DNA of 64,000 bases from the human T2T-CHM13v2.0 reference genome, Homo sapiens: the NCBI RefSeq assembly GCF_009914755.1, contig NC_060936.1; one strand, written 5' to 3'. Numbering within the stretch: the first letter of the stretch is position 1; each line of letters starts with the position of its first letter. This document shows, one piece after another, positions 1-19,794 of the stretch. The notes under the pieces are model-generated. The model was not told the origin of the DNA. It saw only the letters and a program-made list of their open reading frames with translations, and did not search any database. The position numbers were made by a program, and so were the translations under genes.

Positions 1-229
1 ATTGACTTTACGGCATTTTATTTGATTGTATCAGATCAAACACTTTTCTAAAGGTAAGAGAGGAGACAGAGAATTGGAAATAGAATTAGAGAAAGCAACT
101 AGACTCAGAAATAATGTCTTAAAATATGCCTAAATTTCAAAAACGTAGATGTCAAATGAAAATATCTACAATCTAATTCTACTTGCAAAGTGTTCTTAGA
201 ACCCTAGCCAGCTCTACAGATCAAGTTAT

Positions 230-1905
230 TGTCATGCTTAACTCTCCCTAGCCTCACTGCTCTTGCACTCCCCCTTGCTTTATCCTGCTCCTCTCCCTGA
301 ATGTCGCATCACATCAGTGGCATGCTTATGCATCTAGCCAAGAAATACCTTTTACTGCTTTTCCTCATCCTCACACTCATTCAGTCACCAGGTCCTACTG
401 ACTCAATCTTCTACATGTTCATGGAAACCTCCTCTGCTTCCCATCCTGACATCATTTCACTGAAGCCCTCATAATCACTCATTTGAACTACCATCACAGC
501 CCCTACATGAACTATGTCATCCATGACGTGAATTTTGTACCACGGTCTCTTTCAGGTTCTGAGGACACTGTGGTGAGTGAGAGAGAAGTTGCTAGAGTCA
601 TGGGGCTTATACTGTAGTAGGAGAGCCAGAAAATAAAACAACTAAGATGATTATAAATTGTCATGTTTTCTAGGAAGAAAATAAGCAGAGTGATGTGAGA
701 AAGAGTAACTGAGCACGGAGGGCCCACAGAGACAGGCTGGCTCTAGAGGAGGGAGCTGAGGTCTGAAGGAGGAGAAGCAAGCATCCAGCCTTGCCCAGAG
801 CATGCCAGGAAGAGGGAAGGATTAGTGCACAGTGATGGAGGGACTGAAAGAACAATGAGGCTGGAGTGTAATGAGCAAGAGAGAGCGATCTAGGTGAGGA
901 TGGGTAGACCAAATAATGGAGAAGCCTTTGGTTCTCAGATTGGAGTTGGGAACTTTTTAAAGTGCAATGGGTACTAACTGATAGGCTGTAAGCATGGGAG
1001 TGATATAATCCAAGTTATGTTTAAGAAATCACTCTGGTTGGTGTATGGTCAAAAGGAAAGTAGGGATCACAGTTAGAAAGCTACTCCAATAGTGCAAATG
1101 AAAGATCATGTTGGCTTGGGTGAAGGTAATAGTGGAGATGAGGAGAAGTGGATGGAGTCAGGATATGTTTTAGAGACAGCCCAGATGTGATGGATTGGTG
1201 TGGGGCATGAAGAAAGAAGAGGATGTCTAATGGGGAGTGGTTTGGATAACTAAAGGGATGGATGATGGTGACACTTACTATGCTGGAAAAGACAAGGGAA
1301 AGAACAAGTTTTAGACAGCCAAATGAAGACTGAGAAGGCTTTTAAATATAGGATGCAGTGGGTCAGAGGGGAGGTCTGGGCTGGAGATATAAAATTGGGA
1401 GTCATCACTCAACAGATCCTGTTTAAAGCAGCAGGACTAGGTGACATCACCTCTCATAGCAGCACAAGGGGGTATAGCTAGAAAAGGAAAGAGAAGAGAA
1501 AGGGAGAGAAGAGGTCAGGAAAACAGAGAGTCGGCAAAGGAGGCTCTAGTCTTCACAGCTCTAATCCATCCTTCGTATTGAGGCCAGAGTGATGTCTCCA
1601 ACACCCAGCTCTGATCATGACTCCTCCCTGCCTAAAGCACTCCGAGGTTCTCTATTGCCCTCTCAAGAAAGTCCAAACCCTTAGCATGATATACAAACCC
1701 CTTCATGATCTAGACCTAACTTAACTTTGCAAGTTCATCTTCCTTGCCCTTTATCATAGCACTCCAACATTGTGTTATGATTATCTGAGTACATATCTGT
1801 TTGTGTTGTTAGATGTAACTTAAGAAAGACTATGTCGTTATTACCTTTACATTTCCAATGCCTAGCATAGAGTAGATAGTAACATTTGTAGGAATGGAGG
1901 GAGGG
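230..1905. mobile_element. L2 fragments: plus-strand L2 (~230-520 and ~1550-1905) interrupted by a minus-strand L2 (~540-1490)
   Basis: Resembles L2 3' consensus blocks in both orientations; (GGAA/GGAG)n at ~1895-1955. Confidence 0.6.
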
Positions 1906-2884
1906 AAGGAGGGAGGGAGGGAAAGGACAGAGGGAAGGAAGGAGGGAAGGAAGGGACTATTTGTCATGTGAGAACCTTCATAAAAAGAAGAAAGCATGAC
2001 AATTAGCACCTGTGCCATCTTCTTCCCTGGCATTTCTGGAGACTGTGAAATCAGGATGAAATGAGAAGAGCCCCATCTAGAGGTAGAAAGGTGCAGGAAT
2101 GGACTCATGCATCAGAAGATTTTCTAGAAACAAACCGCTGACCAGGCAAAGCTGGAACTTACCTAAGCCAAACTAAACTTTTGTAGAAGCCAATTAATAG
2201 TAACAATATCTAGAAATCAATTCACAATAAAAGCTATTTCTCAAATACTCTATGGAGAAATCAGAACCAAAAAACACTGAGTGATCTGATCAATGAACGT
2301 ATAATCTGCCGTTCCTCTTTGACAGTAAAGCCCTGACATTTGTGACTTCATACAACTGGATGTTATGAACTTACTAGGAGGTTCTAGCTATTTCATATCA
2401 TAGTGTTTCCATGATAAAATGATGCTTTTGTGCTTGAGGAAATCAACTGCTTCCACTATGACTGCACTTTTAGGAGAAACATCCATTAGAAAGGAAGAAG
2501 ACCCTGAGTGCACTAACACTCCTGCAGTAACGGGTGACTGATGTCTCAGACAAAACAGCTTCACATCTATCTGAACTTCATAACAAACTCACATGTACAA
2601 CAACTCTGCTGATTAATTGTAAGTTGTCAGCCAGAATTGCTGTTACTGAGTGGTTTTCCTTTACAGTTTAACACAGGGTGGTGTAAATGATGGGATATGG
2701 ATTGCAATATAAACACTGTGCCATGCCCATGTGAGATATCACTGCAGAGGATATTTTTATGTTCCTGTTTTTATTTGGGTCCCACTGCTTCAGAAAACAT
2801 ACAGGTTTGCTTTGGCTATAGAACATCACATTCCATTCACTTATTTACAAAAGACCACATATATTGTGTTCATGGTTCAGTTTA

Positions 2885-3080
2885 AACCACTAAATAGTAC
2901 ATTCAATAGAAAGAAGAGTGGAACAGGAGCAAAAGACTGAATTCTTATCCCAGATGTGTGATCTCAGGCAAGTCATATAATTGACTCAAACATTGAATTT
3001 CTGAACAGGGAGAGTTTTTGCTGCATTCCTCTCTCTCAAGTTACTGTGACAAACAAAATGGTGCATATGAAAGCATTTCT
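2885..3080 (+). mobile_element. MIR
   Basis: TGTGTGATCTCAGGCAAGTCA core and GTTACTGTGA...ATGAAAGCATTT tail. Confidence 0.6.
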
Positions 3081-4281
3081 TTAAATTTTAAATAAAATTT
3101 TATTGAGGTATAAATTCACAGATCTTAAGTGAAAATTCACAGGTTTCATAATGAAATTCACAGATCTTGAGTGTACAGTTCAATGAGTCTTGGCAAATGC
3201 ATATACCTGTGTAACTCACGCTCCAGTCAACATAAAGAATATTACCACCATCCCAGAAAATTACCACAGGCCTCTTCTCAGCCAATACTCCCCACTCCTG
3301 CTTCAGATGCAACCATATCTCTGATTTTTTCAATGCAGATTAATTTTTTTTGCTTCTAGAAATTCAAATAAACAGAAGAATAAGAGTATGTATTCTTGTG
3401 TCTGGCTTCATTCACTCAACATGTCTGTGAGATTTATTCACATTGTTACATGTATCAGTAGTTTGTACCTTTTTGTTGTTGTCAATATTCCATTATTTAT
3501 CCATTCTGCATTTTAAGAGTGAAGTTTGATGAGTTTTGACAAATGTTTACACTTTGTAACCACGACAAAGCAAGATAGTAGATTTTCATTCCCCCTAGAA
3601 GTCTCTTGTACCCTTTTACCATCAGTCTCTCCTCTCACCCATGACTCCAGGCACTACTGATCTCCTTTTTATCATGATAGTCTTGCCTCTTCTAGAATTT
3701 CATGCGAATGGAAACATACACTTCTGTGTCTGCTTTTACCTAGCATAATATTTCTGAATTCACCCATGCTGTAATATGATTGAATGAGTAGTATTCCAAT
3801 GAATAAATATATCCATTATATTTATTATTATGTATCCATTAACTAGTTTGTGGTACTTCGGTTGTTTCCAGCTTGAAGCTATTATAAATAAAACTGCTAA
3901 GAAAACTCAGGCATGTCATTCTGCAGACACACATTTTCATTTCTGTTGGGTAAATCTGCAAGAATGGGACTGTTCAGTCATAAAGCAACTATATGAGAAA
4001 CTACCAAACTGTTTTCCAAAGTGGCTGTTTCATATCTGCATTCCTCCCAGCAATGAATTAAAGTTCCAGCTGCTCCACATCATTGTCAACACTTGGTACT
4101 GCCAGTCTTTATAATTTTGGCCATTCCAGTGGGTATGTAATGGCATCTCACTGCAGCTTTAATTTGCGTTTCCCTAAAAACTAAATAATGTTGAGCATCT
4201 TTTCGTGTGCTTATTTGTCATTTGTATATTTTCTTTACTAAGTATCTGTTTAGATCATTTGCACTTAAAAACATCAGGTTG

Positions 4282-4737
<456 letters not shown>

Positions 4738-5488
4738 TCATTTTTCTTACTGAGTTGTAAGAGTCCTTTTTATATTCTGGATACAAGTCCTTTATCAGAT
4801 ACATACTTTTCCAATCCCCTTACCTGGGCTATAACTGCATTTTTATTTTCTTTTGCACTGTCTTTTGAAGAGCAAAAATCTTTAATTTTAATAGTTTAAT
4901 TCATCAGTACTTTGGGTTTGTACTTTTTGTGTCATATCCATGAAATCTTTGCCTAATCCAAGGTCATAAAATTTTTCTCCAAAAGTTTATTCTAGAGTTT
5001 TACAATTTTAGCTCTATGTTTGGGTATATCATCTGTGTTTTTTTTTTTTCTTTTATGAATAGTGTGACATAAGGGTTAAAGTTCATTTTTTTCTATATGG
5101 CTATCCAATTGTTCCAATACTATTTGCTTAAAAGACTATCACTTCTCCCATTGAACTGGCACCTTTGACCCAAATCGACTCCATATGTAAGAATCTATTT
5201 CCAATTTGCTTGTCCATCTTTATTCCAATATGATATTGTCTTCATTACTGTAGTTTTTAATATGTCTTGAAAACAAGTAGCATAAGCCCATCTAAATTTT
5301 CTTTTTCAACACTGTCTTGTCTGTTCTAAGAACTTTGAGTTTCCATATAATGTAAGAATCAGCTTATTATGTGATTCTATAGAACAATTTGAGGACAACT
5401 GACATCTTAACAATATTGAGTCTTATGATTCATAAGCATAGAGTTTTTCACATAAAGGTCTTACATGTATCTTGGTAAACTTACTCCT

Positions 5489-5691
5489 TTTATTTATTTT
5501 TTTGAAACAGAGTCTTGCTGTCTCATCTAGGCTGGAGTGTAGTGGCGATCTTGGCTCACTGCAACCTCTGCTTCCTGGGCTCAAGTGATCCTCTCACCTC
5601 AGCCTCCCGGGTAGCTGGGATTACAAGCTCGTGCCACCACATCCATCTAATTTTTGTAGTTTTTGTATTTTTCACCATATTGCTAAGGCTA
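5489..5691 (-). mobile_element. 5'-truncated AluJ-like element
   Basis: Alu right arm; TSD GTAAACTTA(C/T)TCCT at 5475-5488 and 5692-5705. Confidence 0.85.
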
Positions 5692-6374
5692 GTAAACTTA
5701 TTCCTAAGTATTTCATGTTGTTGAACACTATTGTAAATGATATTGCGTTATTTAAATTTCTAATTATTTGTTGCTGGTATATTGAAATACAATTGCTTTT
5801 TTTGGTATATTGGCTTTATATTGTGCAATCTTGAAAAACTCTATTCACTTTTTTGTAGGTCCTTTAAGATTTTCTACAGACGAGATCATGGTGACTGTAA
5901 AGACCATTTTACTTCTTCCTTTCCATTATTTCCTTTTCTTTCTTTACTGCATTGCCAAGAACCTCCAGTATAATGCTGAGTAGAAGGGGAGGGAACAGAC
6001 ATCTTTGCTTTCTTTCCAATCGTAAGGAGAAAGCATACAGTTTTCACTAATAAGCATGATGTTAGTTGTTGGTTCCTCAAAGATTCCATTTATTGAGCTT
6101 GAAAAGTTCCACTCTGTTCCAAGTTGGCTAAGAGTTTTTATCATGAATGAGTTTTTTTTCTAATGCTTTTTCTTCATCTATTGAGATGATCATATAGTTT
6201 GTCTTTTTGTCTATTAGTGTGGTGAATTACATTACTTGATTTTCAAAAGTTAAATTAATATTGCACTCCTGAAATAAACCCCACTTTGTCATGAAGTTTA
6301 TTCTTTTATATATTGCTGGGTTTAATTTGCTAATATTTTTGTCAATGATTTTTGCATCTATCATCATAAGGGAC

Positions 6375-6771
6375 TGATATGGTTTGGCTCTGTGTCCCCA
6401 CTCAAACCTCATATTGAACTGTGATCCCCAGTGTTGGACGTGGGGCCTGGTGGGAGGTAACTGGATCATTGGGATGGTTTCTAATGGTTTAGTACCATCC
6501 CCCAAGGGCTGTCTTGTGATAGAGTTCTCACGAGATTTGGCTGTTTGAAAGTGTGTAGCACCTCCTCCTTCTCTCTCTCTCTGACTCCTGCTGGCCATGT
6601 GAAATATGCCTGCTTCCCCTTCACCTTCCACCATGACTGTAAGTTTCCTGAGGCCTCCCCAAACATGCCTCCTGTACAGCCTGCAGAACCATGAGCCAAT
6701 TAAATCTCCTTTATTTATAAATTACTAGTCTCAGATAGTTCTTTATAGCATTGTGAGAATGGACTGATACA
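6375..6771 (+). mobile_element. MaLR solo LTR (MSTA-like)
   Basis: TGATATGGTTTGGCTCTGTGTCCCC start, ATTAAA signal, ...GACTGATACA end; GGAC on both flanks. Confidence 0.85.
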
Positions 6772-6982
6772 GGACACTGATAAATTTCCAGTAATAATTC
6801 TCTTTGGTTTGAGTATTAGGAAAATGCTGGATTCATAAAATGTGTTAGAAAGCATCATTTCTCTTCTACTTTATAAAAACATATGTAGAATCAGTATTAT
6901 TTCTTCCTTAAAAATTTGATAGAATTCACCAGTGGTCTTTTGGGTCTGAAGTTTGTTGGTAGGTTTTAAATTAAAGATTTGA

Positions 6983-7361
<379 letters not shown>

Positions 7362-7560
7362 TGATTTTCAAGGAATTTTTCATTTTATTTGTCAAATCTA
7401 TTGGCCTAAAATTGTTCATAATATTTCCTGATTTTTTTTAACATCTGTAGAATCTGTAGTGATATCCCCTTTTTCACTCCTGATATTGGTGATTCGTGTC
7501 TTCGCTCCCTTCACCATATCAGGCTACCTAGAGGCATATCAATATTATTGATTTATTTAG

Positions 7561-8119
<559 letters not shown>

Positions 8120-8123
8120 TGAC

Positions 8124-8286
8124 TTTTTTTTTTTAATTTTTTATTTATTTATTTATTTATTTTTGTGGGGGGCAGATTCTCACTATGTTGCCCAGACTGA
8201 ACTCAAACTCCTGGGCCCGGGTGATCTTCCTGCCTCAGTCTCCTGAGTAGCTAGGACTATATAGACACTCATCACCATGCCCGGCT
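8124..8286 (-). mobile_element. FLAM / Alu monomer
   Basis: Single arm with a (TTTA)n tail; TGCATCT on both flanks. Confidence 0.8.
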
Positions 8287-9464
8287 TGCATCTCACAGAT
8301 TTTAACATGTGCATTTTCATTTTAATTCCATTCAAAGTATTTTTATATATTTTTATTTGTTTTTGACCATGAGCTATTTAACAGTGTGATAATTTCCAAA
8401 TATTTGGGGATTTTCTGGAAATATTTATGTTATTATTTCTGTTGTAGACAAAGAACATATTGTGTATGATTTAAATATTTTAAATGTATTGCAACTAATT
8501 TTATGGCCTGGTATATGGTCTATCTCGGCGTATGTTCTATGTAGACATGAATAAAATGTGTATTATGCTCTTACTGTATGGAATGTTCTATAAATATCAA
8601 TGAGGTCATGCTGGTTGATAGTGTTCTTTGAGTCTTCTATTGCACTATGGTTGTCTTCTATTTGATTCATCAGTTATTGGGGAGAATAATAATGAGGTTT
8701 CCAACTCTAATTGTGTATTTGCCTATTTCTCCTTTCAGTTCTATCAAATATTGCTTCATGTATTGCATTCTTTTGTCTTCTTGATGAATTCACCCCTTTA
8801 TCACTATAAAATGTCCCTCTTTATCTCTGCAAATAGTCCTGGTTCTGAATCTACATTGTCTAACATGAATATAGCCATTCTAGCTTTCTTTTAATAAGTG
8901 TTTGTGTGGTATTTCTTTTTCCACCACTTTTAACCTATCAGTATCACTCAATAAATCATATATACATATATATGTATATACATGGTTTCATATATATATG
9001 TGTGTATATATAGTTTCTTGAATATAGCTTATAGTTGAGACTTGCTTTTTTTAATCCAATCTTACAATTTCTGGCTTTGAACTGCGTTCCTTAGTTTAAA
9101 TTTGCCATCTTACTACCAGCTTCTATTTGTCCCATCTATTCTTTGCTCCGTTTTTGCTCTTTTCCCTTTGAGTTAATTGAATATTTTTTATAATTCCATT
9201 TTATTTCCGTCATTGGATTATTATTTCTCTTTCTTTTAAGGAGTTGCTCTAGGGTTTACAGTATCTATCTTTAGTTTTTCACAGTCTACCTTCCCATAGT
9301 ATCGTTCCTCTTCCTCTGTAACATAAAATACAACACTATACCTTCATCCATGCCTTCTGTCCTCTGTGTTATTGCTGTCATATATTTTACTGCTACATAT
9401 TTTATAAACTTCATGATACATTGTTTTTATTTTTGCTTTAAACAGTCAGTAGTCTTTATACGAA

Positions 9465-9768
<304 letters not shown>

Positions 9769-9979
9769 TATAGGACATTTTAAAATATGAGAAAAGATAT
9801 CTTTTTTAGCCCCCATGTTTTCCATCTTCGGCATTCTTCACTTCTTTTTATAGATCCAGATTTCCATTTCCTATCACTTTCCTCACTTTCCTTTTGCTTG
9901 AGGAATTTAAATATTTATTTTAGTGCAGGTCTACTGGCAATGGGTTCTTTTTGATTTTTAATCATCTGAAAAAGACTTT

Positions 9980-13972
<3,993 letters not shown>

Positions 13973-14005
13973 GTGTGTGTGTGTGCACGCGTGTGCACAT
14001 GTGTG

Positions 14006-14325
14006 TAGAATTCTGGCACAAAGCTTATTGTCAGCTTTCAGGCCAGATATTTGTTGGTTTTGATGGGTCTCTAAACGACCCACTGGTGTGAGAGAATTCC
14101 ATTCCTAGCTCCTTCTAAATGCCTGTCTGCAAACTTCTCTTTGTGTTAACATCTTCCTTTCTTTGAAATAAAACCATCCATCATCAAGAGTCCTAGCAAA
14201 AATCTTGCTGTCAGCTTTCAGGACTCGATATTTGTAGGTTTTGCTGGGTCCGTAAAAGGGCCACTGTTGAGAGAGAATTCCCTCCTCGCTCTTTCTAAAT
14301 CCCAGCCTGCAAATGTCTCTTGGTT
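14006..14325. repeat. Diverged tandem repeat, ~1.8 units of 180-181 bp
   Basis: TCAGCTTTCAGG at 14031/14211, GATATTTG at 14046/14227, AGAGAATTCC at 14091/14272, TTCTAAAT...CTGCAAA repeated. Confidence 0.85.
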
Positions 14326-14559
14326 CCCTTTAGATTTCCTTGCCCTGCACTGCAGTCTATAAACTGCCTCCAGTCAGTAAGGTGAGAAAATCATAGGGCT
14401 CACATAGTTTGTTTCTCGTCTTTCAAGGGATCAAGGTCCTATACTGCCTGTTGTCCGATGTCTTCTAATTCTGTGTCACAAGAGGGCAACTGCCAAAGTA
14501 GTTGATCCTATTCTAGGTCTCTTATGTGCACACTAATTCTCATTATAGCCCATCAAAAT

Positions 14560-14829
14560 GGAAGCTTATAGTCATGGCAGAAGGCAAAGGGGAGCCAGTG
14601 TGTCATACAGCAAGAGAGGAAGCAAGAGAGATGCCAGGCTCTTTTAAACAACTAGCTCTCACATGAACTGATAGAGTGAAAACTCACTCATTACCATGGG
14701 GCGGGCACCAAGCCATTCTTGAGGAATCCACTCCCCTGACCCAAACACCTCCCACCAGGCCCCACCTCCAACACTGGGGATCACATTTCAACATGAGATT
14801 TGGAGGGGACAAATACCCAAACCATATCA
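14560..14829 (-). mobile_element. Partial MaLR LTR (MSTB-like)
   Basis: ...CACATTTCAACATGAGATTTGGAGGGGACA...AAACCATATCA. Confidence 0.8.
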
Positions 14830-16022
14830 CCGGGGGATTTGAATGCAGGAAGTCTGGCCCATGGTTTTAATCACTCTACTGTATGGACTCTCAAGGAAGT
14901 AGTAGAAATATAAAAATATCTAAAGCATACTAAGATATTTAAAAATCTCTAAAGATACTAAGATATTTAAGATATTTAGGAGTAAGATGTAGCCCTGATC
15001 TCAAATTTAAGTAAGAGGATGAATGCAAAGCTCTGGGCTGTAGATAGGAGTTACTTTCATGTCTACAGAATGGTCTGGGCTTTTATTCAATCAATGCAGA
15101 ATAGGTGCAGGGTGGGGGGCAGGTGTTCCATAAATACTAAGAGACATCATTGATAGGGGAGGCAGGAGGGTGAAACATGCTTCCAATAAAAAGAAGAGTG
15201 CCCCCTGAACTAACCTTGACAACATCAATATTCCAAAGAGTGATGTGTTCAATTTGCCCAGCAAGGCTGAGAGTCAGCAGTTTGCAGGACAGACCTGATT
15301 GTCTAAAGAGCAAATCAGAGAGGATACTTTGCAATTAGAGAAGCTGCTATGAAGGCAGGAAAGTCAGGGTTCTATAGAAAAATAAGTAACTGCTGACTAT
15401 ATAGAATGGCTACTGTCTCACAACGAAAAGTAACAGGCTTGATGTCTGATGTATTCTTCACATTGAAGAAACTGTCTCTATTAATCGTCCTCTTAGAATT
15501 ATTCCCTCTGGCAGTGAATGGGGTCTTCACAGTTCATTGAATCAATGCACTTGCCTGAAAAACATCACTCTTAGATGCTCCAGAAATGCCAAGAGTTCAG
15601 GGGGTAAATGCTATTTTACATTGTAAATGTTTTATCACTATCCTTTTGAAAGTAATAACTAAGGAGGCTCCATAAAGGGTGACTTATCCTTTTGTGGCTG
15701 GTTGTTGTCTTTTTTTTTTTTTGACTCAACTTGTTACAGGATGAATTTCTCAGCTATATTAACGCTGTACCAGGCATTCATTTATTCGGTTGAAAACCTC
15801 TCAGTCTTCTGTATATATTTACACAATAGGCTTTATAACACCTTGTCTTGCTTATCCAATACCTTGGAGGTAGGCTGCTCTACTCCAAGAGATGTGTCCC
15901 TGTAAACCTTCAGTATTTTATTTTTTTAATGTAAATGCCTCTCTCAGCCAATCTGTCTTCCTTTTGTGTGATGATGTTTGGGGCTTCTTTCTATCCTTGG
16001 GTTGAAAAATGTACTTTCCATC

Positions 16023-16630
16023 TGTATCAGTTATTAATTTATTGTCTTTCAGCTCCAATCCCAATTTCTTCATCCTGCTTTGTAATACTGGGGCTGAACT
16101 CTACAGGCCACACTTTTCCTTTGCCAGCTGGCTCCATGTTAGGCTTTGACAATAAGGAGTGTGGAAGGAACAATGCATGGCTGGAAGACAGAGGCCTTTT
16201 TCTTCTTCATCTAGTTTTCTGTTTTCCCATATAGTGGCAGGCAGATCGGCACGCGGTTATCCCGGTCAGGGTTTACAGCAGTGGCAGGCTGCCCTATGCA
16301 GTTTAACAGCGGGTACCCTTCAGCAAGTTTCCTTGGCACCAGGACTACAGGCAGCATGTTCCTGTAACAACCAGGAACTCTCCTCAGAGGTCTGAATCCA
16401 GCCTTGCAGGGACCTTTTCCAATAGTTTGTAAGTTCCTTCCTTGTTCATTTTTCCCTTAGTCTTAGGTGTAGAAGCCACTTTCTGCAGTTAACTGCCTTG
16501 CTGCTTCTTAGAGTTCTTTTTCCCCTTTCAGTAGTTAACAGAACTTTACATAGTCAACAATTCTTTATATTAAATTTTCCCTGTAAAAATTTCTGCGGTG
16601 ATTTCTGTCCCTTGCTTGAACTCTGATACA
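16023..16630 (+). mobile_element. ERVL solo LTR (LTR33-like)
   Basis: TGTATCAGTTATT... start, TATATTAAATTTTCCCTG...TGATACA end; flanks CCATC/ACATC (4/5 TSD). Confidence 0.75.
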
Positions 16631-16744
16631 ACATCTAAGGACGCTTTGGTCTTTGATTCTTATCTTTGAAAGACGATGGCAAGGATAAAGGAGTTGTGTG
16701 TGTGCGCGTGCGCGCGTGCTTGCCATTAATACAGACTTAAAAGC

Positions 16745-16994
16745 AGCAGAGTAGCAGAGTGGCTAGTACAGGGTACTCCAGCCAGATTGGCTTTGCCACT
16801 TCCTAGCTATGTGCCCTGGGGTGAGGGGAGTTGCCTCAGTGTCCTCATCTGTAAAATGGAGATAGAGTGGCTAGAATATACCCAGTTAAGTTTGAATTTC
16901 AGAAAAATCACAAATAATTTCTTAATATAAGTATATCCTAAATATTATACGGGTATCCTTCCTGTATTCTTATTTGCGAAATCTGACAAGACTA
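16745..16994 (+). mobile_element. MIR fragment followed by an hAT MITE (MER53-like, ~16865-16994)
   Basis: CCTCAGTGTCCTCATCTGTAAAATGG; CCCAGTTAAGTTTGAATTTCAG...AAATCTGACAAGACTA. Confidence 0.65.
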
Positions 16995-17020
16995 GTATTA
17001 CATCATAAAAGGTTAAATTA

Positions 17021-17348
<328 letters not shown>

Positions 17349-19144
17349 TTAGTTAACATATGTGAAGGGCTTGGTAACAATCACCCAGTAGTTAGTAGCC
17401 CTTTTGTTTCTTTGCTACAGTGTACTAGCACCGTTTTTTTCAGGGACACTCTGCCATGAATTATAATGCTCTTGCATCATCTATTGATCCCTCTAACTGC
17501 ATTTCCCACAGCTCCCCGCCAACCCCCATCCTTCAAAGTAGCAAGGCCAGGCAGTCTTTTCAGGCAGGAGTGGTTACTGATTAGACTGGAATATGCATCT
17601 GACCCAAGGTAGCTCAATCATAGACTGGGATTCAACCCATGAGGCAGCCCAACAAGAAGGATGTTGTCCAATAAATGTAGTAGGATTCTACATTAAGCAG
17701 TCAGAATTTAGGTTGGGGAATACGGAGGGAATGGATCAATGAGTACCAAAGGAAAGAAGGGCAGATACGCAGAGATGAGAAAATTCATCACGTGAGATAG
17801 TTTCAAAGGGAGAGAAAGCGGGCAGGTTTTGAAATCCTGATTTTTTTTTTCCAGTTCCAGTTCCAGTTCTTATGTAGTCCTACAATAAACTCCTTTTTCT
17901 GCTCTTTGCAAACAAAACACATACACACACACACAAACACACAAACAATCGAGTAAATAAGCATTCCTACTTCATCTACCAAATTGTGTGCTGGGCACTA
18001 TTAGAGAAGGTGGGGATAGACTTGAGAAGCAGCACCTCTCTCCGAAGATCTTGGAGTCTAGACAGTGGGGAATGCAAGGAAGACTTGTGTATAATAAGGG
18101 ACAATATAAATGTTCTCATGCTAGGAAACTATGAAATGGAGGCAAATCTCTCCTTTTCTTGCTCTGACTTCTAGGCATTGAACTACACCTAACATTTGGT
18201 GTCATGTGAATGTTCTGAGATTACAATTATGGAAAAGTAGAAGGAACACAGGAAGCAGAAAGCCTTCAGTACCAGGAAAAGCAAGATATTTTATAGCTTA
18301 GGGCCATGTGAGTACAAACACCATATTTTTTTAACGTATAGATGTGTAATTTGATGTGTGTGTGCACATGTATACATGCACACATATATATTACAGACAT
18401 AGTAAAGCCAAATGGATCTGCCACATCTGTAATGTTTACGAGACAACCAGACAACGCTCCTCTGCTGGATCACACTCATGTTTTCTATGATTTCTAAGTT
18501 TTGTGAATGGCTGAATTATTCTTTAACCAAAGGCTTGGGGGGGTCACAAAAGCGGACAAAGAAGGATGGGGAGAGGTGGCACTGATGGTGTAAGAAGCAG
18601 GCACCAGGAGGTAAAAATGCAACAGAGGCCAAGAATCATACTTGGGAGACTCAGCTGCAAGATTGCCTAGAAGTGGGTGAAGCTAGCAAACCTACTGGAA
18701 AGGTTTTGCGTATCCTTTAGCTCTGGATATGTCAATCTCACTGCCAACAAATAAGCAGAAACTTAGCTGTGCCCCTACTGGAACTCGGTGGCATATTTAC
18801 AAAATAGACCGGCACACTGCAAATCTACGTGCTATGATGTATGATCTATGTGAGCAGAGGACAACTGTTTTCTCTTGTTTGAAGAATTTGCAGTGCCATT
18901 TTCTCTCTAGAGGCCTCCAACTCCTTGTTAATATGCAGGACTATACATGGGAATCCTGACTGAGGAGAGTCAATATGTTCATAAGAACCTCCCCCAAAAT
19001 ATTTCACTCCCTCCTTGGTCAATCATTCCAACTATCTACAACGTTTTTTCCTCCAGAAATTTATCCCTACCTTTTTGATCTAGTAGTGATGATACCACAA
19101 AGAGATTATTACAGGTGAATGATGGAATGCTGCTATTCCTTCGC

Positions 19145-19400
19145 AGACATTTATTAAGCCTACTCAGTGCCAGACTATACAGTTAGATATACAGTACTTA
19201 TTATAGCCCAGGCTGCGTCCTGTGCCCTCTACATAGGTTAACTCACTTCACCATCACAACAGCTCTGAGAGACAGGTACTTTTACTGATAAGGAAACTGA
19301 AGTACAGAGAGGTCACAGCCAGCTAGTGCTCGAGGCAGGATTGAAACTCAGGCTGTCTGGCTTCAGAGTCTATATTGCTAATCATTATGCCGTGCTACCT
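19145..19400 (-). mobile_element. MIR
   Basis: ACATTTATTAAGCC...GGAAACTGAAGTACAGAGAGG...CTTCAGAGTC. Confidence 0.75.
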
Positions 19401-19460
19401 TGAATACAAATGTCTAGCATAGGTCTCATCCTCAAAGAATTTAAAAGTCTAGTGGGTGTA

Positions 19461-19794
<334 letters not shown>

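Noticed and set aside
14006-14325. Protein-coding pseudogene or CRISPR-like interpretation of the tandem unit
   Set aside because: The minus-strand frames I translated contain stops and shift between units, with no recognisable protein; there is no repeat-spacer structure.
15710-15786. Minus-strand AATAAA (15781-15786) as a distal PARP11 3' end
   Set aside because: A genomic T-run at 15710-15722 would cause internal oligo-dT priming, and no linked exon structure can be shown from sequence alone.
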